A stretch of 64,000 nucleotides of DNA, taken from positions 320,001 to 384,000 of the forward strand of contig OY969724.1 in NCBI GenBank assembly GCA_963702205.1, read 5' to 3'. The stretch comes from an uncultured candidate division Zixibacteria bacterium. GTDB taxonomy: Bacteria; Zixibacteria; MSB-5A5; GN15; PGXB01. The notes under the pieces are model-generated. The model was not told the origin of the DNA. It did no database searches and saw only the letters and a list, made by a program, of their open reading frames with translations. This document shows positions 29,915-42,000 of the stretch, piece after piece (the first letter of the stretch is position 1; every line of letters begins with the position of its first letter). The position numbers and the translations under genes were made by a program.

Positions 29915-31417
29915 ATGCAGATTATTTGCATTTCTTGTGGAAGCCAGAGCCAGGGCGAAAAATTCGCCAAAGACCTGGCGGCCAAACTGGGTTATCAGAG
30001 TTTGGGACGGGATCAGCTTCTCGAAGAGGCCACGCGCCATCGTATTCCCGTCGGCAAGCTCGAAACGGCCATTATCAAGCCGCATATTTTTTCCGAAAGA
30101 CTGGCGCAGGAGCTGGAGCATTACAAAGCGCTGGCGACCAGTATCCTTTGTGAAAAGGCGCTCGAAGGCAACCTTGTCTACTACGGCCGCACCGGCCACC
30201 TGCTTCTTCCCGGCATCAGCCATATTCTGAAAGTACGCGTCGTCTCCGACTCCGAGTTCCGCATCCGTCATGTCATGGAGACGTTGCAGCTGCCGAGGGA
30301 AAAAGCTAAACGATATATCGAGCAGATCGACGACGACCGCCGCAAATGGGTCAAGACTTTCTATAACATCGAGTGGGATGTAAATACCCTCTACGATCTT
30401 GTCCTGAACCTGAGTTATATGAACGTCAACAACGCCGCCTCGGCTATCTGCAGCATGGCGGAGATTCCCGAGTTCAAGGCGACTCCGGCGTCCACGAGCG
30501 CCTTGAAAGACCTTTATATGGCCTCGACCGCCAAGCTGATGTTGTTTTCCGACCGCCGGACCAGTTCATTGAATATCCGGCTGACGGCCAACAATGGCGT
30601 TCTCAATATTACGTACCCCCAGCAGCAGGCGGATGACGTCGATATAATCAGCCGCATATTGTATGGCCTTAAAGACGTCAAAGAAATGGTCTTTACCAAG
30701 GCCCAGACCAATATTCTCTGGATTCAGGAAAAATTCAACGTCGACAACGAATCCTATAAACGCGTCTTGTCCCTGGCCAACAATTGGGACGCCGCGATAG
30801 AGCTTATGCGGCTCAACCCGGGTGAAGCGCCGGAGCCATCGGTTACAGACGTCGAAAAACCGAAAGCCACTCCCGAAACCTGGCGCGAGACGGGCATCAT
30901 CGACGAAAGCGAGGAAACCGGCTCAGAAATGACGCCGGATATGTCGAGCATCTATGAACAGCTTATCCGCGACGGTCGGGCCGGCGGCAAACGCAACGTG
31001 CCGGGAACGCAAAAAAGCCTGATTAACGCCATCGACCGTTCGGCCAATTACCGGCTTATCATTTTCGACAATGCCTTCCTGTCCAAAGGCGCCGCGGCCA
31101 AAAAAAGGACTCTTCAGGAATGGTCGAACATGCTGACGGAATCCCTGAAAACGCCGGTGGTATCGCTAAACGAACTGCAGTTCAAATACCAATTCGGTCC
31201 CAAGCACCTGTTGCGCATGATGCTGTTCGGAGGCCTGACGGCCGTTATTGTTTTCCTGCTGTTTCATTTCAACTCTGATATAATAAAATTCTTATCGGAC
31301 ACGAGTACCGAGACGCGGATTATCGGGACGGCGGGGATTCTCTTATTCGTCCCGTTTTTTGCGTACGTTTACAGTACCGTCACGGGCCTGCTGTTAAAAC
31401 TTATAAAGCTCGAATAG
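29915..31417 (+). CDS. Cytidylate kinase-like family protein with possible BON-like and USP-like domains and two C-terminal TM helices
   Basis: IICISCGSQSQGE...LAAKLGY, VYYGRTGH, DDDRRKW, LYDLVLN; C-terminal hydrophobic pair. Confidence 0.85.
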   Translation: MQIICISCGSQSQGEKFAKDLAAKLGYQSLGRDQLLEEATRHRIPVGKLETAIIKPHIFSERLAQELEHYKALATSILCEKALEGNLVYYGRTGHLLLPGISHILKVRVVSDSEFRIRHVMETLQLPREKAKRYIEQIDDDRRKWVKTFYNIEWDVNTLYDLVLNLSYMNVNNAASAICSMAEIPEFKATPASTSALKDLYMASTAKLMLFSDRRTSSLNIRLTANNGVLNITYPQQQADDVDIISRILYGLKDVKEMVFTKAQTNILWIQEKFNVDNESYKRVLSLANNWDAAIELMRLNPGEAPEPSVTDVEKPKATPETWRETGIIDESEETGSEMTPDMSSIYEQLIRDGRAGGKRNVPGTQKSLINAIDRSANYRLIIFDNAFLSKGAAAKKRTLQEWSNMLTESLKTPVVSLNELQFKYQFGPKHLLRMMLFGGLTAVIVFLLFHFNSDIIKFLSDTSTETRIIGTAGILLFVPFFAYVYSTVTGLLLKLIKLE

Positions 31418-31437
31418 GGAGAAATCGGTAAGGCGAC

Positions 31438-32508
31438 ATGGGTGATCTATTTATAACACTGACCATAGGCAAGGCGCTGCAGGTTGTCCTGCTCGGTTTT
31501 ATCGGGGGCGTCCTGAGCGGTTTTATCGGTAGCGGCGGGGCGTTCTTCATGACGCCCGGTATGATGAACCTCGGGGCACAGGGTATTATCGCCGTCGGGA
31601 CGAACATCACGCACAAATTCGGCAAGGCCATGGTCGGCTCCAAAAAGCACGGTGAACTGGGGCACGTCGACAAAAAGCTCGGCATATTCATGTTGATCAC
31701 GGCCTTTCTGGGTATCCGCCTGGCGGTTTGGATCGCATCGAGCCTGTTCGGCATGACCGACAGCCATGCCGCCCAGGGAGCCGCGGCCAATCTGTATATC
31801 AGCGCCGTATTTGTCATAATGCTTTCTTTTGTAAGCATCACCATGCTGCTCGACATCTTCCGCAAAAAACCCGAAGGCGACACCGGCCCGTCACGCAAAA
31901 TTTCCGATTACCTGTCGCGTTTGAGGCTTTTCCCCATGATCTATTTCCCGGTCGCCGACGTCAAAATTTCGCTGTGGGTTTTGATGATTGTCGGTCTGTT
32001 CACCGGGTACATGGCCGGAACCATCGGCGTCGGCGGATTTGTCGGCGTCCCCGCCATGATTTATATTTTCGGCATCCCGACCGCCGTGGCGGCCGGCACC
32101 GAACTATTCCTGGCAATGTTTATGGGCGCGTTCGGGGCGCTGAACTACGCCTACGAAGGCTTTGTCGATATCAGGCTGGTGGCGCTTCTGTATCTCGGAT
32201 CGCTGCTCGGGATTTATATCGGCACCTATGGTACAAAAGTCGTCAAAGAAAAAGTCATTCGCATCGTCACGGGCCTGATCATCGTCCTGTGCGTTATCAG
32301 CCGTATTATTGCCATTCCGATATATCTGGTGCAGCTTAAGATGATCGAATCCATCGACGAGTCTCAACTACCCATCTATAATACGGTTAGCAAATATTTC
32401 CTTTATTTCAGCGGAATTAGCGGCGTGGGTGTAATATTGTACAACGTTATCAGAGCGTATATTAAAAAGAAGCGCGTGTACGCCACCATTATCGCCAAAC
32501 CGGAGTGA
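31438..32508 (+). CDS. Sulfite exporter TauE/SafE family membrane protein
   Basis: SGFIGSGGAFFMTP...AVGT and the repeat half GTIGVGGFVGVP...AAGT; polytopic. Confidence 0.92.
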   Translation: MGDLFITLTIGKALQVVLLGFIGGVLSGFIGSGGAFFMTPGMMNLGAQGIIAVGTNITHKFGKAMVGSKKHGELGHVDKKLGIFMLITAFLGIRLAVWIASSLFGMTDSHAAQGAAANLYISAVFVIMLSFVSITMLLDIFRKKPEGDTGPSRKISDYLSRLRLFPMIYFPVADVKISLWVLMIVGLFTGYMAGTIGVGGFVGVPAMIYIFGIPTAVAAGTELFLAMFMGAFGALNYAYEGFVDIRLVALLYLGSLLGIYIGTYGTKVVKEKVIRIVTGLIIVLCVISRIIAIPIYLVQLKMIESIDESQLPIYNTVSKYFLYFSGISGVGVILYNVIRAYIKKKRVYATIIAKPE

Positions 32509-32527
32509 TAATTATCGGGAGAATATA

Positions 32528-32926
32528 ATGGCCAAAAAAACGCTTGATATATGCATCATCGACGATGAAGTAGTCGTCTGTAAACGGCTCCAACAGTACC
32601 TCGGTAAAAGCAATCATAACGTCGAGACATTCGTGGACAGCACGACTGCCCTTGAGCGCCTCGATGAAAAACGGTTCGATATCGTCGTCACCGATATCCG
32701 CATGGACAACATCGACGGCATGGACGTACTGAATCATGTCATAAACAAGGGTGAGAACACGAAAGTCATTATGATTACGGGGTACGCCACGATCGAAATA
32801 GCCCGGCAGGCACAGGCCAAGGGGGCCTTCGATTTCATTTCCAAACCTTTCCGACCGCAGGACCTTCAGGAAGTGATCGACCGAGCCGCCGAAGAACTCA
32901 CAAAACATGGCGAAAAACAAGATTAA
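32528..32926 (+). CDS. Single-domain response regulator
   Basis: IIDDE, VVTDIRM (phosphoacceptor Asp), MITGYAT, FISKPF. Confidence 0.95.
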   Translation: MAKKTLDICIIDDEVVVCKRLQQYLGKSNHNVETFVDSTTALERLDEKRFDIVVTDIRMDNIDGMDVLNHVINKGENTKVIMITGYATIEIARQAQAKGAFDFISKPFRPQDLQEVIDRAAEELTKHGEKQD

Positions 32927-34496
32927 GAACTCTTCTCTGTTCGACATCCTGCAGGATGATCCGGACCAAACCGGCGGTCTCTCACGTTACGACATCGAAG
33001 AAAACAAAATCAGGCAGGCCCTGCTGGAACGCCCCGGCTTTTCGGTCAAGGCCCGTCTGACGCTTTTATTCATAATCCTTTTTCTCGTCAGTGCGGCGGT
33101 TTCGGTGGCGGCCATGTTCATGCTGTCCATGATCGATTATCGCGTGCAGTACATTTCCCTCACCGATAAAATCGCCAACGAAATTCAGCACGCCCGAAGA
33201 ATCGAAAAGAACTATTTCCTGTACAATTCCGACTTGTCCGAGATAAAAGAACATATCGCCAATGCCAACGGCCTGCTGGAACAGGCTTCCCGTGAACTCG
33301 GGCACGTCGTCGGCCAGAAGGAAATAAGTGACATCCGAGCCGACATCGACAACTATGGCCGTCTTGCGGACGAGCTGTCGGCCAAAATCGACGACCCTTC
33401 CTATAAAGAGACCGATGACTTCAAAACGACCGCGGCGGAACTGAGAACGTACGGTTCGAAGGTCCTGGAGTTGTCTTTGGATATTTCCAAAAAAGAAAGA
33501 CAGCGGATTTCGGCGACGGTGACCATGGCCAAGAGAATTCATATCGCCCTGGTTATAGTCCTGCTGGCGCTCTCGATATTTATTATCACCAATATCAGCC
33601 GTCATATCATCGGCCGTCTGAACCGCCTGACCGAAGCCACCCAGCGGTTCGCGTCCGGCGATTTCACGCCCATCACGCCCAAAAGAAAATACAAAGATGA
33701 GTTTTCACTTCTGGTCATCGCATTCAATCACATGATGTACGAGCTGGAGAAACGGCAGAATCTCCTCGTCGAATCCCACAAGCTGCGGGCAATCGGCAAC
33801 CTTACGGCGGGCGTGGCCCACGAGTTGAATAATCCTCTCAACAACATCATTCTGACATCGGAAATGCTCAAGGAAGATTATAAAACTTACTCGGATGAAG
33901 AAATCGCCGATATGCTCAACGACCTGGTCATACAGGGTGAACGCGCCCGGCAGGTGGTCAAGAATCTCCTCGATTTCGCCCGCGAAAGCGAAACGCACGC
34001 GGAGTATTTTCATATCGATGAATTGATCGACAAAGCGGTGCGGCTGGTTAAAAACCAGATCAAACTAAGCAAAGTAAAATTAGTCGCCGACGTCGGGAAG
34101 AATTTTCCGCCCATCTACGGTGACCAAAAACTCCTGATACAGGTCTTTCTAAACCTGTTTATCAATGCGGTCGACGCCATGCCCGAAGGCGGGACTTTGA
34201 CGGTTGGTGTCGAGGAGGAAAAAAAGACCGGCTTTTTGGCGGTGCATGTGACCGACACCGGCGTGGGCATCCCGGAACATTTGAAAAACTCCATTTTCAA
34301 TCCGTTTTTTACGACCAAGCCGACCGGCGGCGGCACCGGGTTGGGCCTGTCCGTATCGAAGGGTATCATCGAAAAGCACGGTGGTTCGATCGAGGTCGAA
34401 AGTAAAATCGGACAGGGATCGACGTTCAACGTCTATCTGCCGATAATACCGATACCGGCAGATATCAGCGACAAACACGAAAACGAAGCGGAATAA
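32907..34496 (+). CDS. Sensor histidine kinase (2 TM, HAMP, HisKA, HATPase)
   Basis: AHELNNPL H-box, NLFINAVDA, DTGVGI, NPFFTTK, GTGLGL. Confidence 0.95.
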   Translation: MAKNKIKNSSLFDILQDDPDQTGGLSRYDIEENKIRQALLERPGFSVKARLTLLFIILFLVSAAVSVAAMFMLSMIDYRVQYISLTDKIANEIQHARRIEKNYFLYNSDLSEIKEHIANANGLLEQASRELGHVVGQKEISDIRADIDNYGRLADELSAKIDDPSYKETDDFKTTAAELRTYGSKVLELSLDISKKERQRISATVTMAKRIHIALVIVLLALSIFIITNISRHIIGRLNRLTEATQRFASGDFTPITPKRKYKDEFSLLVIAFNHMMYELEKRQNLLVESHKLRAIGNLTAGVAHELNNPLNNIILTSEMLKEDYKTYSDEEIADMLNDLVIQGERARQVVKNLLDFARESETHAEYFHIDELIDKAVRLVKNQIKLSKVKLVADVGKNFPPIYGDQKLLIQVFLNLFINAVDAMPEGGTLTVGVEEEKKTGFLAVHVTDTGVGIPEHLKNSIFNPFFTTKPTGGGTGLGLSVSKGIIEKHGGSIEVESKIGQGSTFNVYLPIIPIPADISDKHENEAE

Positions 34497-34512
34497 AAAT
34501 CAATCCCAATGA

Positions 34513-35325
34513 TTATTTGATCGGGTCGTTCAAATGACCGATGCGGGTGTGGCAGTTTTTGACGCCTTTGACCTGGGCGGCCGTATCGAGGATCATCCGG
34601 CTCACTTCCTTGCTTTTAACCGTCCCTCGGATAGTGACCTCACCGTCCGCGGCGCTGACCGTAATCGATTGGTCCCAGATTTTATCATCCGAGGCGATGG
34701 CGGCCTGCACTTCGCACGCCAGAGAAATATTGTTCAAGGCTCTCATTGAATCATCGGTCGTTTTGAACTCTCCACTTTCGATGGTCATGGCGATCATCTC
34801 ACAGATGGTTTCGAGAGAGATATTGCGGCCGTTGACCACAAGATCGTAAAGCGACGGATCCCGCCAGTTTTCATCATAAAGCAGTTTGACCCAACGGTCG
34901 CGGTTTTTATCGACTTCCTCGATATATTTAACCGCCTCGTCGTGGTCTTTATTCATTTCCTGCATGATGCTTTCGATACGCTCATCGCGTGGGATTTCCA
35001 GCCTGATTTTGAAAACGTGGTCGATACCGGCTAAAAACAGCGGTCCGGCATGGCCGAAATAGACGATATTGTCCTGCTTGACCGCTTCGAGCAGGGCACA
35101 TTTGATAAATATAAGCTGACGGCTGCGTCCGTGGGTAAGGCGATGCCACAGGTTCGGCGTGGTTTCGAGCTCTTCGAGCAGGTCGGCTTCCATCAGGTTG
35201 TACTTACGTCCGCATTCGGCGATAATTTCGCGGTTGATGGTTTTATAATTCAGTCTTTTGGCCAGAAGCCCGGCCAGCTCTTCGCCGCCACTTTTGACGC
35301 CCCGCGAAATGGTAATGATCGCCAT
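34513..35325 (-). CDS. Cytidylate kinase-like family protein with C-terminal BON domain
   Basis: IITISRGVKSGGEELA, WRDPSLYDLVVN; ITVSAADGEVTIRGTV...QVKGVK; AAGGAG RBS. Confidence 0.9.
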   Translation of the reverse strand: MAIITISRGVKSGGEELAGLLAKRLNYKTINREIIAECGRKYNLMEADLLEELETTPNLWHRLTHGRSRQLIFIKCALLEAVKQDNIVYFGHAGPLFLAGIDHVFKIRLEIPRDERIESIMQEMNKDHDEAVKYIEEVDKNRDRWVKLLYDENWRDPSLYDLVVNGRNISLETICEMIAMTIESGEFKTTDDSMRALNNISLACEVQAAIASDDKIWDQSITVSAADGEVTIRGTVKSKEVSRMILDTAAQVKGVKNCHTRIGHLNDPIK

Positions 35326-35445
35326 AACACGCTCCTTGTATTGCCGTCAATATGCGCATTAATCCGGCCGGAGGTCAAGATATAATTCCAAACGTGGATA
35401 AATTTCAACCTCAAGTTATTACGACGTACACTATTCGATTTTAAT

Positions 35446-35706
35446 TTACACCGCTTCTTTGAGGCGGGTCCACCAAAGGGTGATGCTCGCCATTCCGACG
35501 ATAATCGCGGTTATACCGGGAATGTACGATCCTCCCGGGAGAGGAAACATCAATCTTGAACAGCCATACAGCAGTGCATAAACCGAAAAGCTGACTGTCA
35601 CCGCCAGATAGACACCACGCTTCAGGGTCGCTACGGGACTACCGGCGTCGAGCCCCAGTCTGGCGGCGGTCGATTTCCAAAATCCGGGCGGGCGGGTGGT
35701 TTTGTA
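35446..35706 (-). pseudogene. 5'-truncated C-terminal fragment of a membrane transporter (Na+/solute symporter-like tail)
   Basis: Manual translation YKTTRPPGFWKSTAARLG...two TM helices...WWTRLKEAV*; an in-frame stop lies just upstream, with no start codon before the motif. Confidence 0.6.
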
Positions 35707-35748
35707 GTTTGGGGTGGGGATTTGGAGGGGCCACTTTTAAACCAATCA

Positions 35749-36084
35749 GGTTGCCGTAACATACTCACTCACCCGTTGGGTGAGCTACAATAACCAGGAA
35801 AAGATGTCAGGAGCGCGCGGCTCCTGACCTACTGGTTGCAATAACATGCTCACTCACCCGTTGGGTGAGCTACAATAACCAGGAAAAGATGTCAGGAGCG
35901 CATGGCTTCTGACCTACTATAAAACTGCCGGAAAAATAGTATGCAATAAATATATGAAACAATAAAAAAGCCCCCGTATTTGCGGGGGCTTTTCTGTCAG
36001 GAGCGCTCGTCGCTTTACTCTGAGTCTGCGACACGGCTCCTGTTCAACGTTATTTCTGTCAGGAGCGCGCGGCTCCTGACCTAC
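35749..36084 (-). repeat. REP/BIME-like cluster: two 85-bp tandem units plus extra REP copies
   Basis: Units 35749-35833 and 35834-35918 each hold GTAG-CTCACCC-AAC-GGGTGAG and GTAG-GTCAGGAGC-N5-GCTCCTGAC on the minus strand (second copy degenerate); further copies at 35996-36042 (expanded) and 36058-36084. Confidence 0.85.
35964..35993 (-). terminator. Intrinsic terminator of the 2959-aa gene (possibly bidirectional)
   Basis: AAAAAAGCCCCCGTATTTGCGGGGGCTTTT. Confidence 0.8.
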
Positions 36085-36097
36085 TAAAAAACAATCC

Positions 36098-39000
36098 TTA
36101 CTGACAGGCCTGCGCTGTTGCTTTGGCGTTCGTTGTTTGCGTTGTCGTAGTGGTCGATTGCGCTGCCGATGCCTCTATCACAATCGGAGTGGTCGGCGTT
36201 ACGACTTCCTCTCGAACAGGCAAATGACAGTTCCCGAGCCACTGGCCGCACGTGCACAATGGATCACCTTCGTTATAGACGTTGTCAATCAATGTAAGAA
36301 TATCCAGAAGGTTTATCTCGCAGTCGCAGTTAGCGTCACCCGAACACAGTTCGTACGGAACCGGGTCGGGACCATCCTGATAAACGCTGGCGATCAGGTA
36401 CAATATGTCGAGCAGGTTCAAGGCCGATTCACCGTCGGCGTTGCCTGGCGTACAGTCGCAACTGGCTCCGCAGGAGACGTTCGGATAACGGTCGATTGTA
36501 CCGGCCGTGCCGATAATCGGGTACGGATCACCGAGAGCCCCGGCGAAATCGCTCCAGCAGTTGCCCTCGGATACTCCGTCGTCCCAGTACCCGCCGGAAG
36601 CGTCATCTTCGGCGTTGAGATTGTTCTCGAACGTATTATGATAAATGGTCAGATCATACGTTCCATTCGTCGACGTGCCATAATCCTTAACCGACAAACC
36701 CTTGATGTTATCGACAAAGAAATTGTCGGTCATCTGGGTCGTAATGGCACCGTTGCCGTTGGTATAGATCAGACCACCGTAATCACCGTCGTTGGTGAAC
36801 TGGTTACCGCTCATGTTGACCGTAACCGACGATCCGGCATCGGCGCCTTCATCGACAACTACGAACCCACCGCTGGTTTCCGAACCGGTGGTCATGTTAT
36901 CGTGAATGTCGTTGCCGGTAACATTGGCCACCAGATCGACGTTGCCGGTGTACCCCGCGAACGAGTTACCGATATAGATGCCGTACTGGCAGTCATAGAT
37001 TTCGTTCTGGTCGACGGTTACCGTCTTGGTCAGAGGACCCTGACCCATCGTGAACGAATTTTCGATATAAATGGCCGCCGAGTTGGATTTATCGGTCAGC
37101 GCCCAGGTATTGAAACCGTGGAAGGCATTGCTCCTGATTTCACCGGTCGAAGCCGAGCCGATTTCCAGGCCATAGCCGAAATCGGCGATGGTCTTGCTGA
37201 ACGTGTTGCCGGTGATATCGACATCGACCCAATCGTGCGTCACTATCGCAATTCGACCGGAATTGATGAACTCATTGTTTATAAAATTGAGATGAACGCG
37301 GTTGGCGTTGCTGTATTCGGGCTCGACGGCGCGCGCGTAAATCATCATTTCATAATATCCGCCGGAAGCGTCGGGGACGTTCATGTTGAGCAGATTGCTC
37401 TCACTAAGTTCACCCGATGAATTCCAGTACAGGAACCCGAACGTATTGTTGGCTTTGATATCGTTGTAATTGAAGTTCATGCCCTGGAACGTGATATCGG
37501 TTGAATTGACGATTCTCATCGCGGTCTGACGCGAAGTGCCGTACGAGGCCACGTTCCAGCCGATTGTCGTCGATGGCTTGTAGAAAGTACTGTTACGTCC
37601 GCCGCCGATGAATGTCAGACCGGAGCGGCCATCAATGTTCACCGGCCTGGTGTACACCTCCGTTGAAACGTGCACATTGTCGCCGTCGCCGGCGAAATCG
37701 ACGCCTTCCTGAATACGCGAGTTGTTGGAATTATTAAGATACCAGTTCCACGGCGAGGAGTGACTGCTGCCGACATAATTGGCACCCCACCACGGGGAAT
37801 AGTCGACGTTGGTCGTGATAGCATCTCCGGTTCCGGGCGCTTCACTGGCCGAAGCATTATCGCCTTCGGACGGTTCGGTCGCCGAAATCGTACGTCCGGC
37901 AGCCCGCGCAGCTTCCGGTCCATCAATGGCGTTCGATGCCATCGGTCTGCTAATGGTTTCGTGCGTCGTGCCGGATTTGGTACTGATACTCGGTCCCGAA
38001 ATATCACCCCACCAGTTTCCGGCCGCATCCAGAAGGCCCGTAATCAGGTTTTCCACGGCCAGAGCATTGCCGGTGAAGTTGTTGAAGTTGATATGTACGT
38101 TGGCCGGTTCCATGCCGCCGTACTCATCGACGTACGCAGCGACCCCGGTATTCGCGACAAAATCGTTGCCGGTGACACTGATATTCGATGAAGTGCCGTC
38201 GCACAGGAAGGCATAATCGTTGCCGTTGAAGTTATTGTCGGACACGGTCACGCCGGAGGCGTCGGCCACGTAGACGGCCATATCGTTCGAAGTAAACTGA
38301 TTGCCGTCAACCGTAACGCCATTGCCGCCGTACACCATCATAAATTCATTGTTGTCGAAGACATTATTGTCGTCGACAACGGCATTGATGCAGTACGTCA
38401 GATACACCATAGCTTCGCAGTCGTGGACGTTATTGCCTTGCACCACGACCCCGCTTCCGGGGGAATAGATATTGATGGCCGAAGCCGCCCAGGTATCCGG
38501 AATGTACTTGATAGCGGAGACTTCATTTCCGTAAATGGTACCGACCGCTCCGTAACTAATCTGTATTCCGTTCTGAGCCCAGCTTCCGTCGGGCAGCGGA
38601 CCTTCGCCGGTAACGATATTATCGTGAACCTGAGCCGTCGGATCGGGCAGAGTGGCGTCGTCGCCCATAATGCCGATCCCGCCGCGAGTCCAGTCATCGA
38701 CCGTGTTGCCGGAAACATCTACGCTTGAGTTGCCATATACCAGAATGCCGAATGTCTGCGGATTGCCGGAGGCGTACAGAAGCTCGCGGTATACGTTGCC
38801 GCTTGCTTCTGAGGCTCCGTCGCAGTTGCGGATCAGGGTTCCGACAAACCGGTCGATCGTAGCCGAATTGTTACCATCGAAGGTAAGGCCGGATATGACG
38901 GCTTCTATCGTTGCAGCGCCGCTGATATTATTGCTGCCGTCGTTGGTTCCGCCGTAGGCAAAAAGCATCGGGTAGAACGTCGAACCGCTTTCCGGGATGG

Positions 39001-42000
39001 TATATCCGCTCAAACCGCCGGTCGGTGGTTCCATGGTCGCCCCGGGGGTGCCGCTGACGGTTATGTTTTTCGTCACGATAGCCTGTTCGGGGTATACACC
39101 TTCAAGGACGTGCACCGTGCCTCCGTCGCCGACGGCGTCGATGCCGCCCTGGACGGTGGCGAAGGCATCATAGCCCCAGAAATGGCCGTCGTTGACGCAG
39201 GTTTCGCAATAATTGTCGTCGACCCAGACTTCCGTCAAAGCGCACGAAAATCCGCAATACGAGAAATCCGAATTGCACCACGGGTCGAAATCGACGTTGC
39301 CGCTTATTCCGGATTGAATGTCCGGGCAAAGCAGCGCGCCCCAGTAATTATTTTGAGCGTCGGCGGACGTGGTCAAAAAGTTGAGGTAGTTGGTGCCGTT
39401 GTCGTGTATGGTATTATTATTGAAATCTATCAGCGCCGGGAAACCGTCGTACAGTGCAATACCGCTGCCGCTGTTGCCGGTTATGGTATTGCCGGTCCCG
39501 ACGATGACTTTGGGATCGTAGCCGTTATTCTCATTGCCTTCATAATACCCGTCGCCATAGTTGCTAAGGAAGACACCGTTGCCGTTATCGAGCATATCGT
39601 TGCCGGTGATATTCAATGCCCAGACGGCGTCGATCCAGAGGGCACTCATGGTCGTATTATGAACATTGTTGCCGGCAAATTCGAGCGAGCCGCCGGTGTG
39701 TGGTCGCATCGACTGAAGCAGGACCGCCGCGCCGCTCGTGTTGTATATTTCGTTGCCGCTGATCAGCAGGCCGGAGAAATCGAGCAGATCGGTCAGCGAG
39801 GCATCATATATCCCCAGTGGGTCGGATGGATCGTAGCGCTCCGACTCGGTTCCCATCGCTATCGCGAAACCGTGTGAGCCATCGCTCACATCATATATTG
39901 TGTTATCCAGAATTTGTATGTCCTGGTAACCAAAATCGACCGCGTATTCCAGCTGTGATAGGTAGGCCTGAATGCCGGAACTGACACCATGAATGGTCAG
40001 GTTCTGGACGGTTACATCGCTCGACGAAATATCGACGCCGATTCCGCTGCCCGGACTGACCTCCGCCACGCCTTTGGAACTGGACAGTCCGATGACGGAC
40101 ACCGATTTGTCAACCGCCGCGTTTTCCGCGTACAGACCTTCGTTGACATAGACCGTGCCGTCCTCGTCGACGTCGGTCACGCCTTCGGATATCCGACCGG
40201 TCGTACCGGATTGAACGCTCGCCGCTTCGACATACAGAGTTCCGTAATCGGCCATGAATCCGGGCGGGACATCCGTGCCGGTTGCCAGATACGGTGTGAA
40301 ATCGAAATCGCCGTCGACCATAGCCGTCACGGTCGCGCCGTCCACGGCTCCGAAGTAGTTATTGGAACCGTTTTGCACTGCCGCCGCGTTCGTTGCCAGA
40401 CCGTAGTCACAACCGGAGAATTTATTCTCATGGACTTCGGCCGTCACCGTACCGCCGTCTTCCCAGGTCGATACGGCCACCGTCCAGCCGCTGAAAATGC
40501 AATTATTTACGGTGTACGTGATCGGGCCCGACGCGTAGGCGTACACGCCATAGCTGTCTGTCGCGCCCGTACCGGTGAATGTACTATTGCTGATAGTGAC
40601 ATCGACCGGGGATTTTTCGGCCGATTGTACCAGTTCGGCATCGTATGCCTGCGCCGGAAGAAGCTTTTTGGAAAGCGTCCCGCTGCTCTTGGCGCCCGTG
40701 CTGAACGCAACGCTCGCGTCATAAGTCGGGTTCGTGATCATTCCGCCGTCGAAGACGCAGTCGGCATCCTGCACGTAAATGCTGGTCTGGCATTGATCGA
40801 TATTGACGCCGGTCGCGACGGCATTTCCGAACACCAGAAAGCCGCTGGCCGTCCAGGTCGCCCCGGTGTAATCGATCAAACTGATATTGCAGTTATCGAC
40901 CGTGGCCGATACCCCGGCACTTATCTGGATGCCGTTCTGGGCCGTCACCGAGGTCGGACCTTCACCGATAGTGGTAACGTTATCCAGCGATGCCGTCAGG
41001 CCCGTCCCGCCAATGGCCACCGCCGTCTTCTGGAAGTCGTCGACCACCACGTTTTCAATAGCCAGGTTGTACGGCCCGCCGGTGTTATTGTACGTGTATA
41101 TACCGACACCGTGCTGAGCACCACTGAAAGTGCTGTTCATTATATTTATGATTTTGGCGTCCGTGAACGATCCGCCGCCGTTCCAGAAACCGATACCGAC
41201 AAAACGATAGTTGGCGTCCCCCTGATTAGCACCATCGATCGTTATGCCGGAGATGGCAGCGTCGACTCCGTCGACAAAGATAACCGGGAAGTTATTGTTG
41301 GTACCGGTCGGGAATGACGCCGTCAAAGCGGCCGGTGACATTACGGTGACATCCGCCAGACCCGCCCCGAGCAAACTCAGGTCGGTCTTGGCAATATGTA
41401 CCTGTTCGGTGTATGACCCCGCCAGAATATGTACCGTGCCGGATGACGCAACCGCGTCGACACCGCCCTGTACCGTGGCAAAGCCGTTATATCCGAAATA
41501 GACTCCCCCGCCGAGATCCTGGCCCTCGGTCGAGCCGACCCAGTCGTCGTCAACCCAGACTTCGGTGACCGTGCACGTGAAGGTACAGGTCGAAAAGTCG
41601 GAATTGCACCACGGGTCGAAATCGACGTTGCCGTCGATCATGGGCTGAATATCCTGACACAGCAGAGCGCCCCAGTAATTGTTTTCGGCCATAAGCGGTC
41701 CGCCGGTCGCGGCGGCGTCTACGGAAACGCCGTACTGGTCATTGCCCGTGATCGTGTTATGGTATATCGAGCCGCCCGGTGCGGGGTATGGGCCGCCGTA
41801 CGGTGCCGAGCCACCGCCGTAAATATAGATGCCCTGGAAATTATTGGTGATGGTGTTGTCGTGCATGTCGAGCGTGCCGACATCCCAGAACTGGAAGGCT
41901 TCGCCTTCGCCCCATTCACCTTCGCTGACGTCATCGACGTCGTTGTCGTATATTTCGGCCGTCTCGGCATGGTTCACTTCCAGAGCCGACCAGTGCTGAC

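Noticed and set aside
35749..35918. Possible CRISPR array
   Set aside because: Only two 85-bp units with near-identical intervening sequence, so no unique spacers; no cas genes; GTAG-palindrome structure fits REP elements.
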